A DNA stretch of 32,000 bases from Streptomyces pactum (GCF_016031615.1 NZ_JACYXC010000001.1:4062735-4094734), one strand, 5' to 3'; positions 6,927 through 15,968 are shown, counted from the stretch's first letter. Translations and numbers: made by a program. The notes: generated from the letters alone by a model not told the origin.

Positions 6927-7888
6927 CGAAGATGGAAGCGACGCCCGCCCGGCCGGGGGGAGGTCCCGGCGACATCTCGGTGAGCGTGGTCGTACCGACC
7001 CGGGACCGGACCACGCGTCTGCTGCTCACCCTGGCGGCGCTGGCCCACCAGACCCTGGACCGCGACCGGTTCGAGGTCATCCTGGTCGACGACGCGCCCG
7101 AACGCGGGGCGGTGGACCGGGTGCTGGCCGCGGCCCCCGGGACACCGCCGCTGCGGCACGCCCGCACCGGCGGCCGGGGGCCCGCCCGCGCCCGGAACGC
7201 CGGCGCGGAGCTGGCCCGCGGGGAGCTGCTGCTCTTCCTCGACGACGACACCGTGGCCACCCCCGAACTGCTCACCGCGCACCTGGCGGCGCACCGCGAC
7301 GCCCCGGGCACCGTGGTGCACGGCACCATCACCGATCTGTCGGCGTTCGCGCTGACCCCCGATCCGCCGGCCCCGCGGCCGGCGCTGACCGGTGCCCGCG
7401 GCCGCAGCATCGACGCCCGCCGGGTGGCCCGGCTGCGCGAGGACGCCCAGCTGCTCGGGCCGCGCCGGTCGTTCATCGAGCGGACCGCCGCCAAGGTCAT
7501 CCGCGACCCGGCGCTGGCCGGCCTGCGCTGGCTGGCGTGCATCGGCACCAGCACCAGTGTGCGGCGGGCCGACTTCGAGCGGGCCGGCGGCTTCGACGAG
7601 GGCTTCGGGGAGCTGTGGGGCGGCGAGGACCTGGAGCTGGGGCTGCGGCTGCACGCCGCCGGGGCCCGCTTCGCGCTGCTGGACACGGTCGCGTACCACC
7701 TGCCCACCGCCCGCCGGGACACCGGCGAACTGCTGCCCCGGTTCTGGCGCCTGGCGGCCGAACGGCACGGCGATCCGCGGCTGGCCGACGTCGGCACCTT
7801 CCTCGCCGGCCGGCTCTCCCCGGAGGAACTGGCCGCCCGGCTCGGCACCCGCACCGCGGCCCTCTCCCCGGGGAGGGCCGCACCATGA
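6923..7888 (+). CDS. ptmJ: GT-A fold family-2-like glycosyltransferase
   Basis: Motifs are VSVVVPTRDR, VILVDDAPERG, ARNAGAELARGELLLFLDDD (DxD) and WGGEDLELGLRL. GTG 6923 overlaps the ACP stop (GTGA); the alternative start is ATG 6932. Confidence 0.8.
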   Translation: MTKMEATPARPGGGPGDISVSVVVPTRDRTTRLLLTLAALAHQTLDRDRFEVILVDDAPERGAVDRVLAAAPGTPPLRHARTGGRGPARARNAGAELARGELLLFLDDDTVATPELLTAHLAAHRDAPGTVVHGTITDLSAFALTPDPPAPRPALTGARGRSIDARRVARLREDAQLLGPRRSFIERTAAKVIRDPALAGLRWLACIGTSTSVRRADFERAGGFDEGFGELWGGEDLELGLRLHAAGARFALLDTVAYHLPTARRDTGELLPRFWRLAAERHGDPRLADVGTFLAGRLSPEELAARLGTRTAALSPGRAAP

Positions 7889-9573
7889 CCGCACCCCGGG
7901 CCGGCACGGTGGTGGTGGGCGGCACCGCCGCCGAGCGGCTGGCCGAACTGCGCTCCCGCCCGGACCTGGCCGTCACCGCCCCCGCCCAGTCGCTCGCCAC
8001 CGCCTTCACCGGGGTGCTCACCGCGGCGCTCGCCGGGCTGCCCGCCGGTCACCGGCGGCAGGCGCCGGTGGTCATGGCCGCCACCGACTACGCGGTGGCG
8101 GCCACCTCCGGTTACGTCGCCCGCTGCGCCGAGGCCGAGGCGGGCGGCCGCCGGCTGCGCCCGTCGGAGGCGATGACCCCGGAGCCGGCCCAGCTCCTCC
8201 AGGAGCTGGCCGAACGCACCGACTGGCAGGGCCCCGGCCATGTGCTCATCTCCCCCCGGTCGGCGACCTGGCAGGCGGTCCGCTGGGCGTTCGGCGCGGT
8301 CTCGGCCGGCCTGCACCCGGCGATGGTGGTCTGCGAGGTGGCCCGCGACCCGGCGGGCGGCGGCTACCGGGTGGCGGCCGTGCCGGTCACCGCACCGGGC
8401 CCGCACGCCGACCCGCCCACCGGACCGGTGGTGATCTCCGGCACCGGCCTGGTCACCGCGTTCGGCGACGGCGCCGACACCTTCTGGCGGAACCTGCTCG
8501 CCGGCCGCCGGGGCACGGGCGAGCTGACCCGCTTCGACGCCGGCCGCTTCCGCAGCCGCACCGTGTGCCAGACCACGGTGGCTGCCGCGCCCGGCCGGCC
8601 GGTGCGGCGCGCCCTGGTGGACCGCGCCCGCGCCGAGGCGCTCGCCGAGGCCGGGCTGGGCCGGCTGCCGGAGCGCACCCTGCTGGTGTACGCCGGGGTG
8701 GTGCCGCACCTGCCGGCGGTCGCCGGCGCGCCCGGGGTCGGGGAGATCGCCCTGGAACCGGAGTGGGACGGCGACGGCTTCGGGGCCGCCCCCGGGGACC
8801 GGGTGCTGATGGCGCACGCCTGCGCCTCGGGTGCCTTCGGGCTCGCCATGGCCCGCGAATGGCTGCTGTGCGGCCTCGCCGACACCGCGGTGATCGTGGG
8901 CGTGTCGGCCCTCAACACCTACGACTACGCCTGCCTGGACGTGCTCCGCGCCACCACCACCGGCATCGCCCGCCCCTTCGACGAGGACCGCTCCGGCGTG
9001 ACCGTCGGGGAGGGCGCGGGGGTGATCGTGCTGGAGACCGCCGCCCGCGCGGCGGCCCGCGGCCACCGCCCGCCGGCCGTGCTCGCCGGCATCTCCTGCC
9101 GGGTGGCCGGCCAGGGCGTCAGCGCGCTGAGCACCCGGGTCGGGGCGGTGTGCATGCGCGAGGCGCTGGCGATGGCGGGCCTGCGGACCGTGGACTACGT
9201 GCACGGTCACGCCCCCGGCACCCGCCAGGGCGACGAGGCCGAGCTGCGGGCGCTGGACCAGGTCGGCGCCGAGCTGGGCTGGCGGGACGTGCCGGTCAGC
9301 TCCTGCAAGGGGGCCTCCGGCCACCTGCTGCACGCCTCGGTGTTCCCCGCCGTGGTCACGGCGGTCCGGGCGCTGCGGGACGGGGTGCTCCCGGGCACCC
9401 CCGGTCTGCGGACGCCCCTGGGTGCGCGGCACGTCCGCGTACTGCGCGACGCGGAGTCCCGCGAGGGGCTGAGCTCCGTGCTGGTGGACAACTTCGGTTT
9501 CGGCGGCAACAACGCCGCGTTCCTGCTCACCGGGGACGCGGCCGGGCACCTGGAGTGGAGTGCACATGGCTGA
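7885..9573 (+). CDS. ptmK: Beta-ketoacyl-ACP synthase (FabF/KAS II-like KS) carrying a ~180-aa N-terminal extension of unknown function
   Basis: ATG 7885 overlaps the GT stop (ATGA). The KS region starts near 8425 (PVVISGTGLVTAFG). It has the active-site Cys (HACASGAFG), the two His motifs (HGHAPGTRQGD and CKGASGHLLHAS) and C-terminal NFGFGGNNAAFLL. The longer 678-aa ORF starting at 7537 is rejected because it would overlap ptmJ. Confidence 0.8.
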   Translation: MTAPRAGTVVVGGTAAERLAELRSRPDLAVTAPAQSLATAFTGVLTAALAGLPAGHRRQAPVVMAATDYAVAATSGYVARCAEAEAGGRRLRPSEAMTPEPAQLLQELAERTDWQGPGHVLISPRSATWQAVRWAFGAVSAGLHPAMVVCEVARDPAGGGYRVAAVPVTAPGPHADPPTGPVVISGTGLVTAFGDGADTFWRNLLAGRRGTGELTRFDAGRFRSRTVCQTTVAAAPGRPVRRALVDRARAEALAEAGLGRLPERTLLVYAGVVPHLPAVAGAPGVGEIALEPEWDGDGFGAAPGDRVLMAHACASGAFGLAMAREWLLCGLADTAVIVGVSALNTYDYACLDVLRATTTGIARPFDEDRSGVTVGEGAGVIVLETAARAAARGHRPPAVLAGISCRVAGQGVSALSTRVGAVCMREALAMAGLRTVDYVHGHAPGTRQGDEAELRALDQVGAELGWRDVPVSSCKGASGHLLHASVFPAVVTAVRALRDGVLPGTPGLRTPLGARHVRVLRDAESREGLSSVLVDNFGFGGNNAAFLLTGDAAGHLEWSAHG

Positions 9574-11293
9574 CGCGGTGCTGCTGACGCCACGGGAGAT
9601 CCTCACCGGGTTCTCCAGCGTCAACAACCAGAACGTTCTCATCAACGACGAGGAATACCTCCGGCTGGATCCCGCGATGCGCCTGTTCTACGAGAAGGTG
9701 CGGGAGAACCTGGGGGTGGCGTGCATCGCCGGTCATCTGCGGGCGTGCGGGTACTCGGTACGGGCGTTGAATCTGCACGGGCGCAACCCCAGCGACGAGG
9801 CGATCACGGATCTGATCCGCCGCGAGCGGCCGAAGTTCGTGGGCATCAGCATCATGTACGACCTGCACATCGTGGACGCGGTGCGGCTGCTGCGCTGCGT
9901 GCGCAAGGCCGACCCGTCGGTGTTCGTGGCGATCGGCGGGGCGTTCTGCACGTACAACGCCAAACTGATCGCCGAGCGCATCCCGGAGGCGGACTGCGTG
10001 GCCTTCGGCGAGGGCGAGCTGACCGTCGAGGGGCTGATGGAGTGCCTGGCCGCCGGCCGCGACTGGCGGTCGGTGCCCGGCGTGTGGTTCTGGCAGGAAG
10101 GACGGGTGCGCAGCAGCGGCCCGCCGAAGCTGCCGGACCTGCACAAGCAGGCCTGGCCCGCCCGCGACCTGCTCGTCCACCACCGCGGGGCCGGCATCCC
10201 CACCCCGGTGGCGTCCACGTACACCAGCCGCGGCTGCCACGCCAAGTGCACCTTCTGCTACGTGCCGCGGGCCCCCGGCGTCACCGCCGGCAACGCCTGG
10301 CGGGTGCGGTCGCCCGTCGACGTGGTGGACGAGATCGAGTTCCTCCAGCGGGAGTTCGGCACCCGGTTCCTGTGGTTCAACGACGACAACTTCGGCGGCG
10401 CCTTCCAGGACGGCTACAACCACGCCGTGGGCTTCGCCGAGGAGATCCTGCGCCGTGATCTGAAGATCTCCTTCCACTGCGAGTTCCGGGTGGACACCGG
10501 GCTGATCGACCGGGAGGCGCTGCGCACCCTGCGCCGGGCCGGCATGGCCTCGGCGCTGCTGGGCATGGAGACCGGCTCCCCGGCGATGGCCAAACGGTTC
10601 CGCAAGGGCACCCTGGTCGAGTACAACTTCGACGCCGCGCGGATGTTCCGCCAGGAGAACATCGAGCTGGAACCCGGCTGGATCATGGTCGAGCCCGGCA
10701 CCACCGTGGACGACCTGTGGGAGAACCTGAAGTTCATCGTGGCGGCCGACATCGCCGTCAGCGAGAACCCGTTCTCCTTCATCAGCCGGGCCATCGCGCT
10801 GCGCGGCACCGAGATGTACGACAAGATCACCGATCCGGCGCCGCCGGACCTGGCGGAGGTCGAGGGCCCCGCGCGGGAGGTGCTGAGCGAGGCGCGCCGG
10901 GAGTACCGGATCGCCGACGGCCGGGTCGAGGACGTGTGGGACGCCTGGGCCAGGGTGAGCGCCGAGGTCAGCGACCGCAAGGAGGAGCTGCCCTTCGTCG
11001 CCCAGATCATCGTGGACGCCACCCGGGCCCGCCGCTCCCAGGGCGAGCAGGGCCTGCGTCCGCGTCTGAGCCGGCTGCGGCGCTGGGTCGAGGACCTGCC
11101 GCACCTGCTGATCGCCTTCCTCAACGTCGGACTGCTGCTCGCGGACGAGAACCCGCCGGGTCTCGCCGGCCGGCTGGAGACCGAACTGCGCGCGCTGGTC
11201 GATGCCTACGACCGCGAGCACCTGGGGCTCACCTACCCGGACTTCGTGGCGGAGACCGAGCGTTTGTGCGGAGCACGGGCCCTGGCCGGATGA
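9566..11293 (+). CDS. ptmL: B12-binding-domain radical-SAM enzyme (class B); first copy of a tandem paralogue pair
   Basis: ATG 9566 overlaps the KS 3' end by 8 nt (ATGGCTGA). The CxxxCxxC motif SRGCHAKCTFCY lies at 10235-10258. The N-terminal region is B12-binding-like (FVGISIMYDLH...VAIGGAFCTYNAKLIAE). Confidence 0.85.
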   Translation: MADAVLLTPREILTGFSSVNNQNVLINDEEYLRLDPAMRLFYEKVRENLGVACIAGHLRACGYSVRALNLHGRNPSDEAITDLIRRERPKFVGISIMYDLHIVDAVRLLRCVRKADPSVFVAIGGAFCTYNAKLIAERIPEADCVAFGEGELTVEGLMECLAAGRDWRSVPGVWFWQEGRVRSSGPPKLPDLHKQAWPARDLLVHHRGAGIPTPVASTYTSRGCHAKCTFCYVPRAPGVTAGNAWRVRSPVDVVDEIEFLQREFGTRFLWFNDDNFGGAFQDGYNHAVGFAEEILRRDLKISFHCEFRVDTGLIDREALRTLRRAGMASALLGMETGSPAMAKRFRKGTLVEYNFDAARMFRQENIELEPGWIMVEPGTTVDDLWENLKFIVAADIAVSENPFSFISRAIALRGTEMYDKITDPAPPDLAEVEGPAREVLSEARREYRIADGRVEDVWDAWARVSAEVSDRKEELPFVAQIIVDATRARRSQGEQGLRPRLSRLRRWVEDLPHLLIAFLNVGLLLADENPPGLAGRLETELRALVDAYDREHLGLTYPDFVAETERLCGARALAG

Positions 11294-11343
11294 GGCCGCC
11301 GGCGCCCCCGGCGCGCATGTGACGAGGAGAGAGGAGACCGGCC

Positions 11344-13080
11344 ATGTCGGACGTGGTCCTGCTGACACCCCGGGAAATACCCACCGGCGCCGCGAGCCTG
11401 AACAACCAGAACGTGCTCATCAACGACGAGGAGTACCTGTCGCTGGACCCGGCGATGCGCCTGTTCTACAAGCGCGTCCGGGAGAACCTGGGGGTGGCCT
11501 GCATCGCCGGCCACCTGCGCGGGTGCGGGTACTCGGTGCGGGCGCTCAACCTGCACGGGCGCAACCCCAGCGACGAGGTCATCACCGACCTGATCCGCCA
11601 CGAGCGGCCGAAGTTCGTGGGCATCAGCATCATGTACGACCTGCACATCGTGGACGCGGTGCGGCTGCTGCGCTGTGTCCGGGCCGCCGATCCGTCGGTG
11701 TTCGTGGCGATCGGCGGGGCGTTCTGCACCTACAACGGCAAGCTGATCGCCGAGCGCATCCCGGAGGCGGACTGCGTGGCCTTCGGCGAGGGCGAGCTGA
11801 CCGTCGAGGGGCTGATGGAGTGCCTGGCCGCCGGCCGCGACTGGCGGTCGGTGCCGGGGCTGTGGTTCTGGCAGGACGGACGGGTGCGCAGCAGCGGCCC
11901 GCCGAAGCTGCCGGACCTGTCCAAGCAGGCCTGGCCCGCCCGTGACGTCCTGATCCACCACCGCGAGGCGGGCATCCCCACCCCGCGCGCCTCGACGTAC
12001 ACCAGCCGCGGCTGCCACGCGAAGTGCACCTTCTGCTACGCGCCGCGCCAGCCCGGGGTGGAGAACGGGCCCTGGCGGGTGCGGCCCATCGGGGACGCGG
12101 TGGACGAGATCGAGTACCTGCAGCGGGAGTTCGGCACCCGGTTCCTGTGGTTCAACGACGACAACTTCGGCGGCGCCTTCCAGGACGGCTACCACCACGC
12201 CGTCGGGTTCGCCGAGGAGATCCTGCGCCGCGGCCTGAAGATCAACTTCCACTGCGAGTTCCGGGTGGACACCGGGCTGATCGACCGGGAGGCGCTGCGC
12301 ACCCTGCGCCGGGCCGGCATGGACCTGGCGCTGCTGGGCATGGAGACCGGCTCCCCGGGGATGATGAAGCGCTTCCGCAAGGGCACCACGGTCGCCTACA
12401 ACTTCGACGCCGCCCGGCTGTTCAAGGAGGAGGGCATCGAGCTGGAGCCCGGCTGGATCATGATCGAGCCCGGCACCACCCTCGACGAGCTGTGGGAGAA
12501 CCTGAAGTTCATCGTCACCGCCCGGGTGCACGAGAGCGAGAACCCGTTCTTCCTGATCAACCGGGCCATCGCACTGCGGGGCACGGAGATCTACGACAAG
12601 GCCACCCGGTACGAGGAGCCGGACATCCCCGGCGTCGAGGGCCCCGCCTGGGAGGTGCTGCGGCACGCCCGCCGCGACTACCGGGTCGAGGACGACCGGG
12701 TGGAGCACCTGTGGACGGCGTGGAGCCGGGTCTCCTCGGAGATCAACGACCGCAAGGAGAACGAGGTCCCGTTCCTCGCCCAGAGCATCGCGGACGCGGT
12801 GCGCGCCCGCCGCGGCACCGGCGCCGAGTCGCTGCGCCCGCTGCTGGGCCGGCTGCGCAGCTGGGACCAGGGCCTGGACGCGCTGCTGATCGCCTTCCTC
12901 AACGTCGGGCTGCTGCTGGCGGACGAGAACCCGCCGGAGCTGGCCGACCGGCTGGAGGCCCAGCTGCGCGACATGATCAACGCCTACGACCGGGAGCACC
13001 TGGGCCACACCTTCCCGGACTTCGTGGCCGAGACCGCGCGGGCGTGCGGTGAGCACGCCATGGCACAGGTGAGGGGCTGA
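11344..13080 (+). CDS. ptmM: B12-binding-domain radical-SAM enzyme (class B); second copy of the tandem paralogue pair
   Basis: ATG 11344 follows a strong SD (GAGGAGAGAGGAGA). The SRGCHAKCTFCY motif is the same as in ptmL. Long stretches of the 5' two-thirds are nearly identical in nucleotide sequence to 9566-11293. Confidence 0.85.
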   Translation: MSDVVLLTPREIPTGAASLNNQNVLINDEEYLSLDPAMRLFYKRVRENLGVACIAGHLRGCGYSVRALNLHGRNPSDEVITDLIRHERPKFVGISIMYDLHIVDAVRLLRCVRAADPSVFVAIGGAFCTYNGKLIAERIPEADCVAFGEGELTVEGLMECLAAGRDWRSVPGLWFWQDGRVRSSGPPKLPDLSKQAWPARDVLIHHREAGIPTPRASTYTSRGCHAKCTFCYAPRQPGVENGPWRVRPIGDAVDEIEYLQREFGTRFLWFNDDNFGGAFQDGYHHAVGFAEEILRRGLKINFHCEFRVDTGLIDREALRTLRRAGMDLALLGMETGSPGMMKRFRKGTTVAYNFDAARLFKEEGIELEPGWIMIEPGTTLDELWENLKFIVTARVHESENPFFLINRAIALRGTEIYDKATRYEEPDIPGVEGPAWEVLRHARRDYRVEDDRVEHLWTAWSRVSSEINDRKENEVPFLAQSIADAVRARRGTGAESLRPLLGRLRSWDQGLDALLIAFLNVGLLLADENPPELADRLEAQLRDMINAYDREHLGHTFPDFVAETARACGEHAMAQVRG

Positions 13081-13083
13081 TCC

Positions 13084-14139
13084 ATGACCCGCGAGAAGCC
13101 GATCCGGTTCGCCGCGGTGGGGGCCGGGCGGGTGTTCCAGCGCTACCACCTGCCCTGCGTCGACGCCCGGGACGACGTGGAACTGGTGGGGCTGGTGGAC
13201 GCCGACGCGGACCGGGCGGCGTCCGTCGCGGCCGGCCGGCCGGGGGTGTGGACCGGCACCGACGTCGCGCGGCTGATCCGCGAGGCCCGGCCGGACGCGC
13301 TCAGCGTCTGCACCCCCAACGACGCCCACGCCGCGCCGGTGCTGGCCGCGCTGGACGCCGGTATCCCGGTGCTCTGCGAGAAACCCCTGGCCGCCACGGT
13401 GGACGAGGCGCGGCGGATGGCCGAGCACCCGGCCGCGGCGGAGCTGCTGGCGGTGAACATGCCGTTCCGCTGCCACTCGCTGACCGCGCCGTTCGCCGAG
13501 GCGGCCGGCAAGGGCGCGCAGCGGGTGGAGGTCTCCTTCGTCACCCCCGGCAACCGGGTGTGGCGGGCCTGCACCCCCTGGTACGGCGACGCCCGGCGGG
13601 CCGGCGGCGGCGCCCTGCTGGACCTCGGTCCGCACGCCATCGACCTGCTGATGACCGTCTTCGGCCATCCGGACGTCGAGGCGTGCACGGTGAACGCCGA
13701 GGGGGTGGAGGAACAGGCCGAGCTCCAACTGTCCTTCCAGGGCCTGCCGGCCACGATCCGGATCGACCGGGCCGCCCGCCGGATGGAGACCGCGGTGACC
13801 GTCACCACGGCCGACGGCGCGCACGTGCTGGACCTGCGGCGCAACGAGCTGCGGCTCGCCGACGGCACCGTCCGGCAGGGCGCCGACCGCCCGGAACTCG
13901 CCGCGATCTCCGCGTTCTTCGACGCGGTGACCGGCGCGGCGACCGGCGCGGCGGGGGCCGCTGGGGACGGCCCGGCGGCTGGCGGTGCGGCCGGCACGTC
14001 CGGAGCGGATGCGGCCGGTGCGGGCGCGACCGGTGTGACCGGGGCGGGGGCGGTGGGCGCCCGGGAGGCGCTCGCGGTCCAGCTCGTCGTGGACGAGGCC
14101 TACCGCCGCGCCCGGGGCGCGGCCCCGGCGGTGACCTGA
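13084..14139 (+). CDS. ptmN: Gfo/Idh/MocA-family NAD(P)-dependent oxidoreductase
   Basis: The N-terminal Rossmann motif is IRFAAVGAGRVFQRYHLP, followed by the family EKP motif (IPVLCEKPLA). ATG 13084 lies 3 nt after the ptmM stop. Residues ~280-325 near the C-terminus form an Ala/Gly-rich low-complexity segment. Confidence 0.85.
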   Translation: MTREKPIRFAAVGAGRVFQRYHLPCVDARDDVELVGLVDADADRAASVAAGRPGVWTGTDVARLIREARPDALSVCTPNDAHAAPVLAALDAGIPVLCEKPLAATVDEARRMAEHPAAAELLAVNMPFRCHSLTAPFAEAAGKGAQRVEVSFVTPGNRVWRACTPWYGDARRAGGGALLDLGPHAIDLLMTVFGHPDVEACTVNAEGVEEQAELQLSFQGLPATIRIDRAARRMETAVTVTTADGAHVLDLRRNELRLADGTVRQGADRPELAAISAFFDAVTGAATGAAGAAGDGPAAGGAAGTSGADAAGAGATGVTGAGAVGAREALAVQLVVDEAYRRARGAAPAVT

Positions 14140-14183
14140 CGCGGCGGGCGGCGCGGCGGTCCGGCGTCGCCGGGCCGCAGGCC

Positions 14184-14207
14184 GGGTGGCGTGGGCGCTC
14201 GCCACCC
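14184..14207. terminator. GC-rich hairpin in the convergent ptmN/ptmO spacer
   Basis: GGGTGGCG (14184-14191) and CGCCACCC (14200-14207) form a perfect 8-bp stem with an 8-nt loop, 45 nt after the ptmN stop. There is no U-tract, which is common in Streptomyces. Confidence 0.3.
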
Positions 14208-14449
14208 CCCCGGGGCGGGCGCCTGACGCCGGGTGTCCCGCTCGGCGTCGCAGGCGCTACGCCCTGGCCCGCGGAGCCAGCAATTCGGGGTGGACCTGCT
14301 CGTGCCGTGGCCGGCGCCGGCCCGGCGGGCGATTTCGGGGAGCGGAAGGCCGTCTCACCCCATCCCGGCCCAGGCGCACCCGGAGGTCAACGGGTCGGCG
14401 CACGCCGGGGCTTCCGCGGTACCGGGGGCCGGCCGCACGGGCCGGACGG

Positions 14450-15247
14450 TCAGCTCAGGAACCGTACGACCTCGGCGCAGAACCGTTCCGGCTCGGTACG
14501 GTGCACATAGTGCCCGGCGTCGATGGCCAGCAGCCGGCCGTGCGGGACCCGGCCGGCGACCTCGGCCAGCAGCGACCGGGGCACCGGGCTGGAGAGGCCG
14601 CCGCTGATCACCAGCGTCTCGGCGGTGACCTCCGCCAGCCGCCGCCACCAGCCGGGGTCGGCCCGCCGCAGCTCGTCGATGATCGGCCGTACCGCGGCGC
14701 TGTCCAGCCCGCCGGACCGGCGCAGGTCGCGGAACTCCTGGTAGAGCGAGATGACCGGGGCCCGGTCGTCCTCCCGCGCCGACCGCAGGCGCATCTCCTC
14801 CTCGGCCGCCGCGTCCCGGGGCGGCGGGGGCGTGTCCTCGATCACCAGCCGGCGCACCCGGGCGGGCTGCCGCTGGGCGATCAGCCAGCCGATGTGCCCG
14901 CCCATCGAGTGCCCCACCAGGTCCACGGTGTCCAGCCGGTACCGGTCGAGCAGGGCGACGACGTCCCGGTACATCAGCTCGAAGGTGTAGCGCTCGGACC
15001 GGGGGCTGGCGCCGTGTCCGCGCAGATCCGGTACGTAGAGCCGACGGCCCAGCGGGGCCAGCGCGGTGATCAGCGGGGCCCAGTCCCGGCCGGTGTTGCC
15101 GAGGGCGTGCAGCAGCACCACCGGCTTCCCGTCCGGCTCGCCGGTGACCCGGCAACTCAGCGGCAGCGGCGGCCCTTCCGCCGGACCGCTCCATCTGTTC
15201 GACTGGTCCCGGTCGCGCAGCACGCCGCGATGGTATCCGCCCACCAC
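14450..15247 (-). CDS. ptmO: Alpha/beta-fold hydrolase
   Basis: Motifs are GKPVVLLHALGNTGRDW, the nucleophile elbow VGHSMGGHIG and the C-terminal catalytic His region IDAGHYVH. No ATG is available. In-frame GTG starts lie at 15247, 15244 and 15223, so the start is uncertain by up to 24 nt. The 807-aa ORF extending to 16873 is an artefact. Confidence 0.75.
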   Translation of the reverse strand: MVGGYHRGVLRDRDQSNRWSGPAEGPPLPLSCRVTGEPDGKPVVLLHALGNTGRDWAPLITALAPLGRRLYVPDLRGHGASPRSERYTFELMYRDVVALLDRYRLDTVDLVGHSMGGHIGWLIAQRQPARVRRLVIEDTPPPPRDAAAEEEMRLRSAREDDRAPVISLYQEFRDLRRSGGLDSAAVRPIIDELRRADPGWWRRLAEVTAETLVISGGLSSPVPRSLLAEVAGRVPHGRLLAIDAGHYVHRTEPERFCAEVVRFLS

Positions 15248-15332
15248 CCCTCTCAGACATACCGCGTCCGGCCCCTCGGGTCCCCCGGGCCGCGCGGTCG
15301 GGAGGCCCCGTGACCGTGAGCCGGAGGTCGCC

Positions 15333-15968
15333 GTGATCCTCTTCGCCACCGCGGCCGTCGCCGCGCCGTACGGGCCCCGGGAGCAGCACCTGGCCGGCCG
15401 TGCGGCGGCGGCCGACGCGCTGCGCCGGGCCGGCAGCACCCGGCTGACGGTGGGCCGGCGGGGTGACGGGGCGCCGTGCTTCCCGCCCGGTTTCACCGGC
15501 TCCATCACCCACACCCGGCGGCTGGCCGTGGCGGTGGTGTGCCGGGCCGGGGAGGTGCGGGGGATCGGGGTGGACCTGGAGACCGACCCGGTGCCCGGCC
15601 GCCTGCACCGCATCCTGCTCGGCGAGGAGGAGCGCGCGGCGCTGTGGACGCCCGCCGACGAGACCACCCTGCGCGGCCTCTTCGTCGCCAAGGAGGCGGC
15701 GTTCAAGGCGTTCTCGGCGGGCGGGGAGCGGGCGACGCGGATGTTCTGGCGGATCCGGCTGGAGCGGCCGGACCCGGGGCCGGAGCCTCCCGGCGCCGTG
15801 TGCGGTACGTCGGACCCGGCGTCCGGCGCGTCGCCGTCCCGCGGGGCGTCCACCGGTTCCGGGACGTGGCTGGTGGCCCGCGCCGGCCGGGAGCGGGCCC
15901 GGGTCCGGGTCCGGACCGGCCGCGAACTGGCCTGGGCGGTGGCCGTCCTGCCGGCCCCGGCTCCATGA
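15333..15968 (+). CDS. ptmP: 4'-phosphopantetheinyl transferase (EntD/Sfp-type)
   Basis: GTG 15333 lies 5 nt after GGAGG (15323-15327). Motifs are GSITHTRRLAVAVV, GIGVDLE and FVAKEAAFKAF. The gene is divergent from ptmO across an ~85-bp spacer. Confidence 0.75.
   Translation: MILFATAAVAAPYGPREQHLAGRAAAADALRRAGSTRLTVGRRGDGAPCFPPGFTGSITHTRRLAVAVVCRAGEVRGIGVDLETDPVPGRLHRILLGEEERAALWTPADETTLRGLFVAKEAAFKAFSAGGERATRMFWRIRLERPDPGPEPPGAVCGTSDPASGASPSRGASTGSGTWLVARAGRERARVRVRTGRELAWAVAVLPAPAP

Noticed and set aside
6841-9645. 934-aa minus-strand ORF antisense to the ACP, GT and KS genes. Similar giant ORFs lie at 446..1651(-), 4727..6616(-), 9527..11368(-) and 11233..14205(-).
   Set aside because: Their translations are Arg/Pro/Gly/Ala/His-rich with no motifs. 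They lie exactly antisense to, or out of frame with, genes that have clear family motifs. Long spurious ORFs of this kind are expected in >70% GC DNA, where stop codons are rare.
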